Shown: positions 21,555 to 31,571, counted from the stretch's first letter. The stretch is 64,000 nt of DNA from Limisphaerales bacterium (GCA_965657355.1 CBFHOE010000006.1:207217-271216), one strand, 5' to 3'. Translations and numbers: made by a program. The notes: a model not told the origin generated them from the sequence alone.

Positions 21555-22421
21555 ATGAAAGGCATTTTATTAGCTGGTGGAAGTGGGTCACGATTGAAAC
21601 CATTGACGGATGTTTGTTGTAAGCAACTTCTTCCTATCTATGACAAACCAATGGTTTATTACCCACTGACTGTATTAATGCTTTCAGGTATTCGGGAAAT
21701 TCTCATTATATCTACACCTAAGGACATTGATTCTTTTAAGAATTTATTGGGTGATGGAAATCAATTGGGATGCCGGATTGAATATGCGGTGCAAGACCAA
21801 CCTAGAGGAATAGCAGATGCCTTTAGAGTTGGTGAAAAATTTATAGATGGCGATTCGTGTGCTTTGATTCTTGGTGATAATATCTTTTATGGTTCAGGAT
21901 TAGGTGAACTTCTCAGGTCGAGCAATGATCCCAAAGGAGGCATCGTTTTTGCATATGGCGTTAAAGATCCGCGAGCATTTGGGGTCGTTGAATTTGACCA
22001 AGACTTTAATGCGATTTCCATAGAAGAGAAACCTGAGAGCCCAAAGTCAAATTATGCCGTTCCTGGAATATATTTTTATAATTCCCAGATCACAGAGATT
22101 GCCAAAAATTTGAAACCCAGCCCTCGAGGTGAATTAGAAATTACCGATGTGAATAAGGCCTACCTTGATAATGGTAATCTGCAGGTAAAAGTTCTACAAA
22201 GAGGGACTGCCTGGCTCGATACTGGAACGTTCGAATCCTTGCTAAAAGCTTCTGAGTTTGTTCAGGTTGTTGAATCCAGACAAGGTTTTAAGATAGGATG
22301 CCCAGAGGAGGTTGCTTGGCGCCGAGGTTTTATCGATGATCAACAACTGCTTGAGCTCGCCGCTAATTCAGATAAAAGCGGATACGGGGAATATCTCAAA
22401 GGCTTGATATCCTCACGTTGA
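21555..22421 (+). CDS. rfbA: Glucose-1-phosphate thymidylyltransferase
   Basis: [51 protein letters not shown]. Confidence 0.96.
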   Translation: MKGILLAGGSGSRLKPLTDVCCKQLLPIYDKPMVYYPLTVLMLSGIREILIISTPKDIDSFKNLLGDGNQLGCRIEYAVQDQPRGIADAFRVGEKFIDGDSCALILGDNIFYGSGLGELLRSSNDPKGGIVFAYGVKDPRAFGVVEFDQDFNAISIEEKPESPKSNYAVPGIYFYNSQITEIAKNLKPSPRGELEITDVNKAYLDNGNLQVKVLQRGTAWLDTGTFESLLKASEFVQVVESRQGFKIGCPEEVAWRRGFIDDQQLLELAANSDKSGYGEYLKGLISSR

Positions 22422-22570
22422 GGAGACAGTGTTGGTTTGTATCGAGACTGGCTGAAAAGAGAATTAAAGGTGTTGTTTAAGCAAAAGCTTTGAAAAGAAT
22501 TAAGACTTTCTTTTATGCCCCGCAGCGGTATATCGAAAAAATCTGAATTTAACGAAGCGGCCAAAGTTGT

Positions 22571-22600
22571 GAATCACGAATCACCAATAACGACTAACCG
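22571..22600. repeat. Heptamer tandem array
   Basis: GAATCAC-GAATCAC-CAATAAC-GACTAAC-CG. Confidence 0.6.
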
Positions 22601-22771
22601 CGGTAATTACCGCATGAGCGTAGCGATAGAGCGGATTAGTATTGTTTACATATGCGGGGGCATGGTGCACAAAATATATCGTGAAAAAGTGACTAAAGGT
22701 AGAAATTAAAATATCCAACAACCGATAACAAATTCTCGCGGTGCAAGCCGCATAAACGAAACATTGCTAGC

Positions 22772-23182
22772 GTGAAGACTGGCCAAAAAATTGATTTTCC
22801 AAAAATTTCCGATCCAAGAGGAAATCTCAGTTATCTCGAAGGGCGGAACCACATCCCGTTTGAAATCAAAAGAGTTTATTACTTGTATGATGTTCCGGAC
22901 GGCGCCAAACGGGGCTCACATGCGCACAAGGCACTGCACCAAATTATCATTGCCATGCATGGTAGTTTCGACCTGATGCTCGATGATGGTAAGGAAAAAT
23001 CAAAGATACATCTTAACCGCTCTCATTATGGTATATACATCGGCCCTTGTACTTGGCGTGTGATGGACAATTTTTCTTCGGGTTCTATTTGCTTGGTCCT
23101 GGCTTCAGAGGATTTTGATGAATCTGATTATATTCGAGACTATAATCACTTTCTCGAATATGTTGGAACAAATGGGAACTAA
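22772..23182 (+). CDS. fdtA: dTDP-4-keto-6-deoxyglucose 3,4-ketoisomerase (FdtA/QdtA cupin)
   Basis: DPRGNL, IPFEIKRVYYLY, RGSHAHK, LVLAS, DYIRDY. Confidence 0.9.
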   Translation: MKTGQKIDFPKISDPRGNLSYLEGRNHIPFEIKRVYYLYDVPDGAKRGSHAHKALHQIIIAMHGSFDLMLDDGKEKSKIHLNRSHYGIYIGPCTWRVMDNFSSGSICLVLASEDFDESDYIRDYNHFLEYVGTNGN

Positions 23183-23424
23183 ATCACATTTGTTCGATGA
23201 AGAGCTGCGCTCTTCGGTTAATGGTAACTTGATATTAATTAGTGGGGCTTGAGTAACGCTTTTGCGTTGGGAAATTCGGAATGATGGCGGGTAGGAATGC
23301 ACCTCACTGTTTGATATTTATAATCCCGTGAACGAAGTGATGAGTTGCACCAGTCACTAATAACTCATACCAAATACCCAAAACGGCTCCTCAGTATTAT
23401 AAACGTAGTGTTCAGTAGCAAAAA

Positions 23425-24528
23425 ATGGACGTTCCATTTCTAGATTTTCATGGTCAATATCAAGAACTGAAAACTGATATTGATTGTGCCTTAGCCAAAG
23501 TTTTTGACTCTGGGTGGTATGTATTAGGGAAAGAACTTGAGGCATTTGAGAAAGAGTTCTCTGAGTATTGTGGGGCCAAATATTCTATTGGTGTCGGTAA
23601 TGGATTAGATGCTCTTGGGCTTTTGTTACAAGCTTACGGTATCGGAGAAGGCGATGAGGTCATCGTCCCTGCCCACACTTTCATTGCAACTTGGCTCTCT
23701 GTTTCTCAAGTTGGAGCCACTCCTATTCCAGTAGACGTGAATGAGTTTGACTTCAATATCAGTGCTCCTGAAATATCTAAAAAATTATCTCCCAAAACTA
23801 AAGCCATAATACCTGTTCATTTATATGGTCAACCTGCCTCCATGGAACAGTTATATGCAATAGCTTACGATCATGGCCTAATAATTATCGAAGATAATGC
23901 TCAAGCCTGCGGAGCAAAATATAAGTCTGATCGAACCGGAATACTAGGGCACGGTGCTGCATTTAGTTTTTATCCAGGAAAAAACCTGGGGGCCTTTGGA
24001 GATGGAGGCGCCATTACAACAAATGATGCCTCGGTCGCCGAAAAAGTGGCCATGCTGCGCAATTACGGTTCGCCTCAAAAATATAAAAATGAGGTAAAGG
24101 GAATAAACTCCAGGCTTGATGAAATGCAGGCAGCCATGCTGCGAGTGAAACTAAGAAAACTCGACGAATGGAATGACAGAAGAAGCCGGATTGCAGAACA
24201 ATATTCGTCGGAATTAGATTCGGTGGATGGCTTGCAGTTACCCACTATTTTACCTCATCGTTCACATGTCTGGCATTTGTATGTTGTGCTCCATGAAAGA
24301 CGAGATGCATTACAGGAGCACCTTAAAAAAAACCAGGTCTCGACTTTAATTCACTACCCAGAGCCTCCACACCTTTCGGGTGCCTATTCTGAACTTGAAT
24401 ACAAAGAGGGCGATTTTCCTATTTCTGAAAAGATTTCAAAAACCGCTCTGAGTTTGCCAATCGGGCCTCATCAAACCGACGAACAAACACAGCACGTTAT
24501 AAATGTTATTCAGAGCTTTAATGGATGA
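23425..24528 (+). CDS. DegT/DnrJ/EryC1/StrS aminotransferase (FdtB/QdtB-like)
   Basis: [47 protein letters not shown]; adjacent to fdtA. Confidence 0.9.
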   Translation: MDVPFLDFHGQYQELKTDIDCALAKVFDSGWYVLGKELEAFEKEFSEYCGAKYSIGVGNGLDALGLLLQAYGIGEGDEVIVPAHTFIATWLSVSQVGATPIPVDVNEFDFNISAPEISKKLSPKTKAIIPVHLYGQPASMEQLYAIAYDHGLIIIEDNAQACGAKYKSDRTGILGHGAAFSFYPGKNLGAFGDGGAITTNDASVAEKVAMLRNYGSPQKYKNEVKGINSRLDEMQAAMLRVKLRKLDEWNDRRSRIAEQYSSELDSVDGLQLPTILPHRSHVWHLYVVLHERRDALQEHLKKNQVSTLIHYPEPPHLSGAYSELEYKEGDFPISEKISKTALSLPIGPHQTDEQTQHVINVIQSFNG

Positions 24529-24758
24529 TGGTTTTTAGGAGATATACCTCTACTTATTTTTGATTCTTTAGAGTGGTGGGTCTGCGCTGACTTTTGAATC
24601 TGAAAAAAGTGATTAAAAGCCAGAAAAATTACGATGCATCTCGCCAGCTTCTAAGGCAATGCGCTTGGTTCTCATTTAATACGCCTGCTGTCACCTACAG
24701 AACATTTCTTTTCTAAAAGGCGACACCGCATTTATTTTGCCATTCGGTTCGCTTTTAT

Positions 24759-26336
24759 TTGCAGCTTACCCATACGAGCGAAGCACTCAGCACGCCAGAT
24801 ATCAAAATTTTGAAGAGCCACCTTGATATATTAAAATCGTCAGCGTGGATTGGAGGCAGCCAGGGAGTCGTCTTGTTATTTACCTTGCTGCGAATGAAAG
24901 TGTTCGCCGTTGTGCTTGGCAAAGAAGGGGTGGGGGTGATGTCTCTTTTGACTGTGGTATGGGAGCTGGGATTTTTAATCGGTGGTTTAGGAATCTCTCA
25001 AAGCGGTGTGCGGTTTTTGTCCGAAGCCAGGTCAAAAAATGATCCTGAACGAATTCGTTATTTAAGAACGATCATAAAAAAAATCGTTTTTGTATCAGGA
25101 ATCTTCACTGTTTTTGTCTTTATTATTTTTCGAAACCAGATCAGTGATTTGACCTTCAATTCCACTGATTTTGGACTCGTCATTGGAATTCTCGGAATAG
25201 GTGTCTTATTTCAAATTTTTGCTGAGGGCGAGAAGTCGATCATTTTAGGCTACCGGGAAGTCAAGAAGCTGGCTGTAGGCAATGGCGTAGGTATTATTTC
25301 GGGGACAATTATCGGTGTCCTACTTGTTTTGTTTTTCAAGTCCTCCGGTCTGGTCTGGGTTATTCTCGCGACCGCACTATGCACGTGGATTGCCTTATTT
25401 TTTCAGCAAAGAAGTATAAATCAGAATGCAACTGCTGAAGGAGGTCACGGGCGAGAAGACAAAACGATTCATTCTTCAAGTCGATATGCCATACCACTTG
25501 TTCAATTGGGGCTCGTACTAGTCGCCTCAAGTGTGCTAGCGTCCTCTGTTTCATTCATTACTCGTATCTGGATAGTGGATAATGAGGCCTCCTTATTATT
25601 AGGAAAAGAAGCGGCAGGATTATACGATCAGGCTTTTAGGGTTTCTGCATTCTACGTCAACTTCGTACTTGGAGCTATGGCTGCCGATTTCTTGCCAAGG
25701 CTAACAGAAGTCATCTCCAGCCCCGATAGGCGAACTCAAACAGTCAATGAGCAAATCGAAGTTGGGGTTTTACTTATCATTCCAGGAATTATCGGATTGA
25801 TACTTTTCAGGGAGCCTATTTTATATGTTTTAGCTTCAAAAGAATTCCTTTCAGCTGGCCCTCTTATCATATGGTTTGCTTGCGGTTGTCTTGGTCGAGT
25901 TATCACTTGGCCCATTGCTTATCTTTTTGTAGCCGCGGAGAAAAAGATAACATTTTTTGCCGTGGAGCTTGGTGTTTCACTTGCGAATGTCGCCCTTGCC
26001 TGGATATTGGTCAGAAAATATGGAGCTTTGGGAGGAGCAGCGGCATTTGGTCTTATATACGTGATCTATGGCATTTGTGTCACTGCTATCGCAAACAAGC
26101 AGTTTAATTTTCGTCCTAATAAATCCGTCATTAAGATTGTTTCGGTTTCTATCATCTGCGCGGGTTTGGCTATCACATTTGGAATTTATGGTTCTGTAAT
26201 GGGGTTCTGGTATTACGCAGTGTCCCTTGTTTTCAGTCTAGTTGTTGGCTTCTTTTCATTAAAAGAGGTTGTATCCCTTCTGCCAGACGGGCATTCATGG
26301 AAAATAAAACTAGAGCGATTACCTTTTGTTTCGTAA
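24759..26336 (+). CDS. wzx: O-antigen translocase (Wzx/WzxE-like flippase)
   Basis: ILKSSAWIGGSQ, RMKVFAVVLGKEGVG, AGLYDQA, DFLPRL, about 14 TMs; true start uncertain. Confidence 0.85.
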   Translation: MQLTHTSEALSTPDIKILKSHLDILKSSAWIGGSQGVVLLFTLLRMKVFAVVLGKEGVGVMSLLTVVWELGFLIGGLGISQSGVRFLSEARSKNDPERIRYLRTIIKKIVFVSGIFTVFVFIIFRNQISDLTFNSTDFGLVIGILGIGVLFQIFAEGEKSIILGYREVKKLAVGNGVGIISGTIIGVLLVLFFKSSGLVWVILATALCTWIALFFQQRSINQNATAEGGHGREDKTIHSSSRYAIPLVQLGLVLVASSVLASSVSFITRIWIVDNEASLLLGKEAAGLYDQAFRVSAFYVNFVLGAMAADFLPRLTEVISSPDRRTQTVNEQIEVGVLLIIPGIIGLILFREPILYVLASKEFLSAGPLIIWFACGCLGRVITWPIAYLFVAAEKKITFFAVELGVSLANVALAWILVRKYGALGGAAAFGLIYVIYGICVTAIANKQFNFRPNKSVIKIVSVSIICAGLAITFGIYGSVMGFWYYAVSLVFSLVVGFFSLKEVVSLLPDGHSWKIKLERLPFVS

Positions 26337-26426
26337 CACTAATGTTGCAAATTACCAAAGTTTTCTCGGGTTTAGTTTTCAACAAATGAGTTCTCAAACG
26401 ATCACGTTAGTCTTATCAAATCTTAT

Positions 26427-27155
26427 ATGAAAATTTCCAAAGACAATATTGTCATTTTTTCAGCAAGCCTACTTATTGTGGCTATTTGGGCTTTCCCAAA
26501 CTTTTGGTACACCAAGGTTGATAAAGCGGAAGGACCTCAATGGTTTGACGAAAAAAGTGAACTTCCTGGTTGGGAATTTGGAGAAGTTCCTATAGCCGAA
26601 TCCGCCGAAAAGGCCCTCGTCGCCGACGCTACCTTTAGTGGTAATTTTAAAGCTTCCAAATCGGGGCAGATCATTAAGACCTTTTCGGCACGGCGCAACA
26701 AAGAGGATATGAATGAAATCGGTCTGTTTGTTCATACACCAGATCGATGTTGGACGGAGTCCGGATGGCAGATGGAGGCGTCCCTCCCAGAAAGCACAAC
26801 TATCAATATTCAGGGAAGAGATATTCTTTTTGAGAGAAGAATTTTTGATTTTAAAGGTCATAAGGAATTGGTTTATTTTACTGGCTTAGTGGGAGGCCAG
26901 ACCCTTCCATATAGGCTAGATCACAACATGTCTGTTGCCATGAAATATCAAATTAACAAAGAAAAATCAGCGGCAACAGGAACGTCAGCTCGAACGTCTG
27001 ATTCACGCTTTTGGGCAAGAATTTGGGAGAGTTTTTTAAGTCGAAGAAAAATACTGGGGCCGAAGCAATTTATCAGGGTTTCCATCCAAGTTTATGGGGA
27101 CCCTCAAGATGAAGAAAAGATCCTGACCTCGTTTGTGAAAACGTGGTTAGGATGA
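26427..27155 (+). CDS. Second EpsI-family (exosortase-associated) protein
   Basis: N-terminal anchor; FVHTPDRCWTESGW motif; QFIRVS near the C-terminus. Confidence 0.75.
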   Translation: MKISKDNIVIFSASLLIVAIWAFPNFWYTKVDKAEGPQWFDEKSELPGWEFGEVPIAESAEKALVADATFSGNFKASKSGQIIKTFSARRNKEDMNEIGLFVHTPDRCWTESGWQMEASLPESTTINIQGRDILFERRIFDFKGHKELVYFTGLVGGQTLPYRLDHNMSVAMKYQINKEKSAATGTSARTSDSRFWARIWESFLSRRKILGPKQFIRVSIQVYGDPQDEEKILTSFVKTWLG

Positions 27156-27322
27156 CGCTTGACTACCGTTGCGCTTTTGAAATGGCTAAGCCATTTCGGT
27201 TATTCGCAATCCATTATTGGTGGCTAGTGCATGTTCTTCCTTTGCAAGCGAAGATTTTTAATTCTACAGGAGTGTTGTGTAGATTATAGCTTCCAGATCT
27301 GAATATATAACACATTCTTTAC

Positions 27323-27404
27323 ACCACGAAGGTGGTAAGCTTAAGCGCCCAGGGCCAATGCCCTGGGCGTTTAGGTTAAAGCGATATCAATCCCCGCAAG
27401 CGGG
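27323..27404. repeat. REP-like palindrome cluster
   Basis: ACCACGAAGGTGGT, CGCCCAGGGCCAATGCCCTGGGCG, CCCGCAAGCGGG; central palindrome resembles the one at 20491. Confidence 0.65.
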
Positions 27405-27700
27405 TAACGTTAAAAAATACAACACCGTATCAGAATTTTCATAATTCATATCACGCTACCCAGATTTGCTCTGGACTGTCATATTTAATCTCTGCTGCGT
27501 TCCAAGCATTTGTTCAAGGTGTGACTAAATATTTATTAATCTTCCTATAAAAATTAAGTCCCCATGGAGGAATGTTAGTGTTAAAATATCGTGAAACCAT
27601 TATGCGTTATTCGGATTACCAGGCATCCATATTTAGAAACGGTAACGGTAAAAGCGGATGATCGTAACTCAATGAGGTGTAAAGAACTTAGAAAACTAAA

Positions 27701-28450
27701 TTGAACTCAGAAAATAAGAATATTTTAAGGCTGGCTATGTGGTCTGGGCCTCGCAATATTTCCACAGCAATGATGCGGTCGTGGGAAAATCGTCCCGATA
27801 CAATCGTTGTTGATGAGCCTTTTTATAGCTACTACCTTAGCACCACAGGTATTGTTCACCCAATGAACGACGAGGTCATTGCAAGCCAACCTACAGATTG
27901 GCGCGAAGTGGTGGACCAGCTGATGGCCCCTGTTCCGGAAAAGACCTCCATCTTATACTTGAAATTGATGACTCATCATTTTCTTGAGTCGATGGAGAGA
28001 GATTGGTTGTCGCACTTGTCCCACGTCTTTTTGATTAGGAATCCGAGAGATATGGTCGTCTCTCTAGATGAGAAAACGCCCAAGCCCAAGTTGTTGGACA
28101 CCGGTTTTCCTCAGCAACTGCAGATATATAATTGGCTCAAACAAAATACAGATCAAATATGCCCTGTAATTGATTCCAAAGATCTTTTGATGAATCCCGA
28201 AGCGATGCTCAAAAAGTTGTGCGATTTGTTGCAAATTGAATTTGATGCGAGAATGTTAGAGTGGCCCGAGGGTCGAAGAGATTCAGATGGCGTTTGGGCA
28301 CCCCATTGGTATGGAAATGTTGAAAAATCCACCCACTTTGCGCCATATAAACCAAAAACAGGTGAAGTTAGGCCGGACCTTGTCGAGTTATTAGACGAAT
28401 GCCTTCCTTTTTACGATGAATTATGGAAACAACGACTGACAATTGATTAA
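27701..28450 (+). CDS. Sulfotransferase-like P-loop domain protein
   Basis: AMWSGPRNISTAMMRSW, DEPFY, FLIRNP, DGVWAPHWY..VEKST. Confidence 0.75.
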   Translation: MNSENKNILRLAMWSGPRNISTAMMRSWENRPDTIVVDEPFYSYYLSTTGIVHPMNDEVIASQPTDWREVVDQLMAPVPEKTSILYLKLMTHHFLESMERDWLSHLSHVFLIRNPRDMVVSLDEKTPKPKLLDTGFPQQLQIYNWLKQNTDQICPVIDSKDLLMNPEAMLKKLCDLLQIEFDARMLEWPEGRRDSDGVWAPHWYGNVEKSTHFAPYKPKTGEVRPDLVELLDECLPFYDELWKQRLTID

Positions 28451-28471
28451 CCAAAGATTCTTATTTTCTAT

Positions 28472-30178
28472 TTGATCTTTTTCTCAATTTTCTGGTTTTT
28501 TAAACTTCACACACAAAGAATACAAAATTCAATGGAATTAACGCCCGAAAAACGATTTTTAAAATGCGATAGAGCTCTGTTTCGAATCTTCGTAGCTTTG
28601 ACGATTTTGTTTTTACAAGCTTCGATTTTTGCCAGTGCCGATGAATCAAAACCTGCAATAACACTTAGCTGGTATGGTAAAACGAATTACGAATCCTTTA
28701 ACGCTTTACCCCAGATAAAAAAGGTCACATCCAATAAAGAGCTCACAGAATCAGTATCAAAAGCAAAATCTTACATTAGTGAAAAAGTTTTCTCAGGGTT
28801 GAAGGGAAAATTTTCCAGTAAGCCTTTGGCATGGAAACTTTTAAACAGTGACTTTGTCTTTTTGTCCTGGCCGAGTCGTGGTAAAGATGACTCTCCCGAA
28901 GGGTGGGCGTTGGCTATCAAAAATGCTGATGTAAACGATTTCATGCTGGGTGAAGCGGCCCATAGATTAGGCATTGGCCTGGATGGCTTGAAAAGTGATT
29001 CTAGCGAAGCCGCTGCCGGCGTCGTCGAATCCAAGGTGGTTGGTGAAAAAATTTGGCGACTTGGTAGGTTTAATGACTGGTTGCATCTCTCATCATTTAA
29101 TAAATCGGTATCACCAAAATTTATTCCTGAGCTCAAAATAGCAAATGCACTCACGGTGGCAGACGAAAAGGCTAAAGGCGGCCGGTTGATGTTGCTTAAT
29201 GCTGATGCAAATCGCTTACCGTTTTTAAAAATGCTCTTCCTCGGTGTCGGCGACTCAAACTTACCCGTCATCTCAGTTGAAGGAAAAATTAAAAATGAGA
29301 ATATTCGTATAGATGGTTACTTCGACTTTGACCAACCTCTCGACATAAGCCTCAGTGATTGGAAGCTTCCTGAATCAACGCTTAGAGATCCCGTTACCGG
29401 TTTTACTGCTATTCGCGGTTTAAAGAGTATCGTAAAAGGGTTTAATAAAGAAGTTGCTGATGTCATGCCCGAAACCGACCAAATGATAGTGGCAACTGAG
29501 TTTCACGGGCAGTTTTCCTTTGTCATGCGCTGGTTTCTGCCGGTCGACGAATTAAAGAGTAATTTTGATAAAAGTAAAAATGGGATCTCAGAAGTGATCG
29601 GTAAATTCTTATCGAAAAGTCCCTTTGGAAGACTTTCTTTTAACGAGGAAGAGCCGAGATTAAGTTGGGCTGGATTACCGATCATCGTTCCATACCTCAC
29701 CGGCTTAGATTTAAAAGATGATGGCAATTTTCTTGAAATAGGATTCCTTCCTTTAAAAACCAAAGAGAGAAAACCTGTCCCTCAGGCATTGCTTGATCAA
29801 GTCACCAAATCCGATAATGTTATCTTTTACGACTGGGAGTTGACTCCACAAAGGGCTTTGACCATTTCTTCCTTGGTGAACGTTTATGAAATTTTAAACT
29901 ACACGACACTCATCAGAACACCTGGAAGTGCCATTGGTAAAAATAGCCCTTCACCGCCAAACCCCCAATCAGCAATGAAAATAATAAAGGCTCTGACAAA
30001 TGTATCAGGTAACACTGTGACTCAGATCCAAAAAGAATCTCCTACCAGGTGGAAATTTCAAAAGACAAGTAAATTAGGTCTTGGATCTTTCGAAATAGTT
30101 GCCTTGAGTAGGTTCTTATCCATCCCGGAGATTGCTGGGCCATTGCACATTCAAAGTAAACCCAAAAAAGGTAAGTGA
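28472..30178 (+). CDS. Hypothetical exported protein
   Basis: 568-aa ORF with signal-peptide-like segment (FRIFVALTILFLQASIFASA); start probably near 28532; no family recognised. Confidence 0.6.
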   Translation: MIFFSIFWFFKLHTQRIQNSMELTPEKRFLKCDRALFRIFVALTILFLQASIFASADESKPAITLSWYGKTNYESFNALPQIKKVTSNKELTESVSKAKSYISEKVFSGLKGKFSSKPLAWKLLNSDFVFLSWPSRGKDDSPEGWALAIKNADVNDFMLGEAAHRLGIGLDGLKSDSSEAAAGVVESKVVGEKIWRLGRFNDWLHLSSFNKSVSPKFIPELKIANALTVADEKAKGGRLMLLNADANRLPFLKMLFLGVGDSNLPVISVEGKIKNENIRIDGYFDFDQPLDISLSDWKLPESTLRDPVTGFTAIRGLKSIVKGFNKEVADVMPETDQMIVATEFHGQFSFVMRWFLPVDELKSNFDKSKNGISEVIGKFLSKSPFGRLSFNEEEPRLSWAGLPIIVPYLTGLDLKDDGNFLEIGFLPLKTKERKPVPQALLDQVTKSDNVIFYDWELTPQRALTISSLVNVYEILNYTTLIRTPGSAIGKNSPSPPNPQSAMKIIKALTNVSGNTVTQIQKESPTRWKFQKTSKLGLGSFEIVALSRFLSIPEIAGPLHIQSKPKKGK

Positions 30179-30224
30179 AATTATTTTTGAGGATCCAAAT
30201 TAGATCTATCTCGATTAAGTTTTA

Positions 30225-30962
30225 ATGAAATTAGGAGTTAATATTGATCATTCCGCAACGCTTCGACAAGTCCGATACCGTGGAACTGAAGAAAATGGAG
30301 AGCCAGACATTATCGAAGTGGCTCTGCTTTGTGAAAAAGCTCAAGCAGACGGAATAACGGCTCACCTACGAGAAGATAGGCGACATATCATCGACTCTGA
30401 CATTTACAATCTCAACAAATCTATAAAAACAAGATTGAATCTTGAAATGGCTATCACGGGCGAGATGGTTGACATTGCTCATGAGATCCAACCGGCCTAC
30501 GTTTGTCTTGTTCCCGAAAAACGGGAAGAAGTCACAACAGAGGGAGGCTTAGACGTCCGGTCAAACCTTGAGGCCATCACCACGATTTCATCAAAACTTC
30601 AATCATCTGGCGCTACCCAGGTGAGTTGCTTTATCGATGCTGACGAAGACCAAGTACGGGCAAGCGCAGATTCAGGAGCTAAGCTCATAGAGATTCATAC
30701 TGGGCCTTACGCACATTCTTTCCATGATCCGGGGCATTTGAAAGTAGAGTTGGAGAAGGTGATCAAGGCTGCTGATTTGGCCCACGGTTTGGGTTTAGCT
30801 GTCAATGCAGGCCACGGGTTAAACTATTCCAATGTCAGAGCTCTTATCGAAGCTTACCCAGATTTTTATGAACTCAATATTGGGCATAGCATTATATGCC
30901 GGGCTTTGTTTGTTGGGATTGAGCAGGCTGTAGCTGAAATGCGGGACCTTATTCCCCAGTAA
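30225..30962 (+). CDS. pdxJ: Pyridoxine 5'-phosphate synthase
   Basis: LGVNIDHSATLRQ, HLREDRRHI, LNLEMA, CLVPEKREEVTTEGGL, IEIHTG, NAGHGL, ELNIGH. Confidence 0.96.
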   Translation: MKLGVNIDHSATLRQVRYRGTEENGEPDIIEVALLCEKAQADGITAHLREDRRHIIDSDIYNLNKSIKTRLNLEMAITGEMVDIAHEIQPAYVCLVPEKREEVTTEGGLDVRSNLEAITTISSKLQSSGATQVSCFIDADEDQVRASADSGAKLIEIHTGPYAHSFHDPGHLKVELEKVIKAADLAHGLGLAVNAGHGLNYSNVRALIEAYPDFYELNIGHSIICRALFVGIEQAVAEMRDLIPQ

Positions 30963-30990
30963 GCATAATCATCATCATCGCCTGTCCTGT

Positions 30991-31020
30991 AAAAGCTCCC
31001 GTCAACGGTGGGCTTTTTTT
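30991..31020 (+). terminator. Rho-independent terminator after pdxJ
   Basis: AAAAGCTCCCGT-CA-ACGGTGGGC followed by T7. Confidence 0.7.
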
Positions 31021-31133
31021 GTGCCCAAATATAATTTACGTCAGGAACGAAATTATTATTAAAAAAGAATTTTTGCTGCCATTTGGATTTTTGTATGCAC
31101 AAAGGAGGTTTGAAATAGTAATTTGCAAGTGAG

Positions 31134-31535
31134 ATGGGATCAGAAAAAATTTGGATATTTCTTTGCGTGTTTCTTGGGTCGGGCCTTGGAGGGGTGGCGC
31201 GTTATGGTTCTGGAATCTGGCTTTACCAGGTGGCGCCTTCTCACTTCCCGACTTCGACACTGTGCGTGAACGTTGTGGGCTCTTTGTTAATCGGTGTATT
31301 GGCTTTTTTGTCTAAAAATGGAGAGGCGTGGATATCGAATGAAAATGTCCAGATAGGTCTCATGGTGGGATTCTGTGGTGGATTCACTACCTTTAGTTCG
31401 TTCAGCCTTCAAACTTTGGAGCTTTTTCAAAACGAAAGGTATTGGCTCTGTCTCTGGAATATATTAGGGAATTTCATCTCATGCCTTTTTGCCGTTTGGA
31501 CAGGGTATATTCTCACTCAAGCCATCAGAATCTAA
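31134..31535 (+). CDS. crcB: Fluoride efflux channel CrcB/FluC
   Basis: GSGLGGVARY, FPTSTLCVNVVGS, GFCGGFTTFSSF. Confidence 0.93.
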   Translation: MGSEKIWIFLCVFLGSGLGGVARYGSGIWLYQVAPSHFPTSTLCVNVVGSLLIGVLAFLSKNGEAWISNENVQIGLMVGFCGGFTTFSSFSLQTLELFQNERYWLCLWNILGNFISCLFAVWTGYILTQAIRI

Positions 31536-31556
31536 ATCGCAGCGAACCACGTTTAG

Positions 31557-31565
31557 TGCTATACT
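31557..31565 (+). promoter_or_regulatory. Extended -10 promoter-like element
   Basis: TG-C-TATACT immediately upstream of a structured GC-rich segment. Confidence 0.4.
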
Positions 31566-31571
31566 TTGAGG

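Noticed and set aside
19212..22421. dTDP-L-rhamnose pathway
   Set aside because: rmlC and rmlD are absent from the window; fdtA and fdtB-like genes indicate a 3-amino sugar
30961..31020. His/Ile attenuator suggested by CATCATCAT followed by a terminator
   Set aside because: No leader start codon and the downstream gene is crcB, not amino-acid biosynthesis; treated as the pdxJ terminator
30963..31133. Fluoride riboswitch upstream of crcB
   Set aside because: No GGCGATGG..CGCC / CTRATRAC pattern on the plus strand; GGCGATGATG occurs only antisense and lacks its pairing partner
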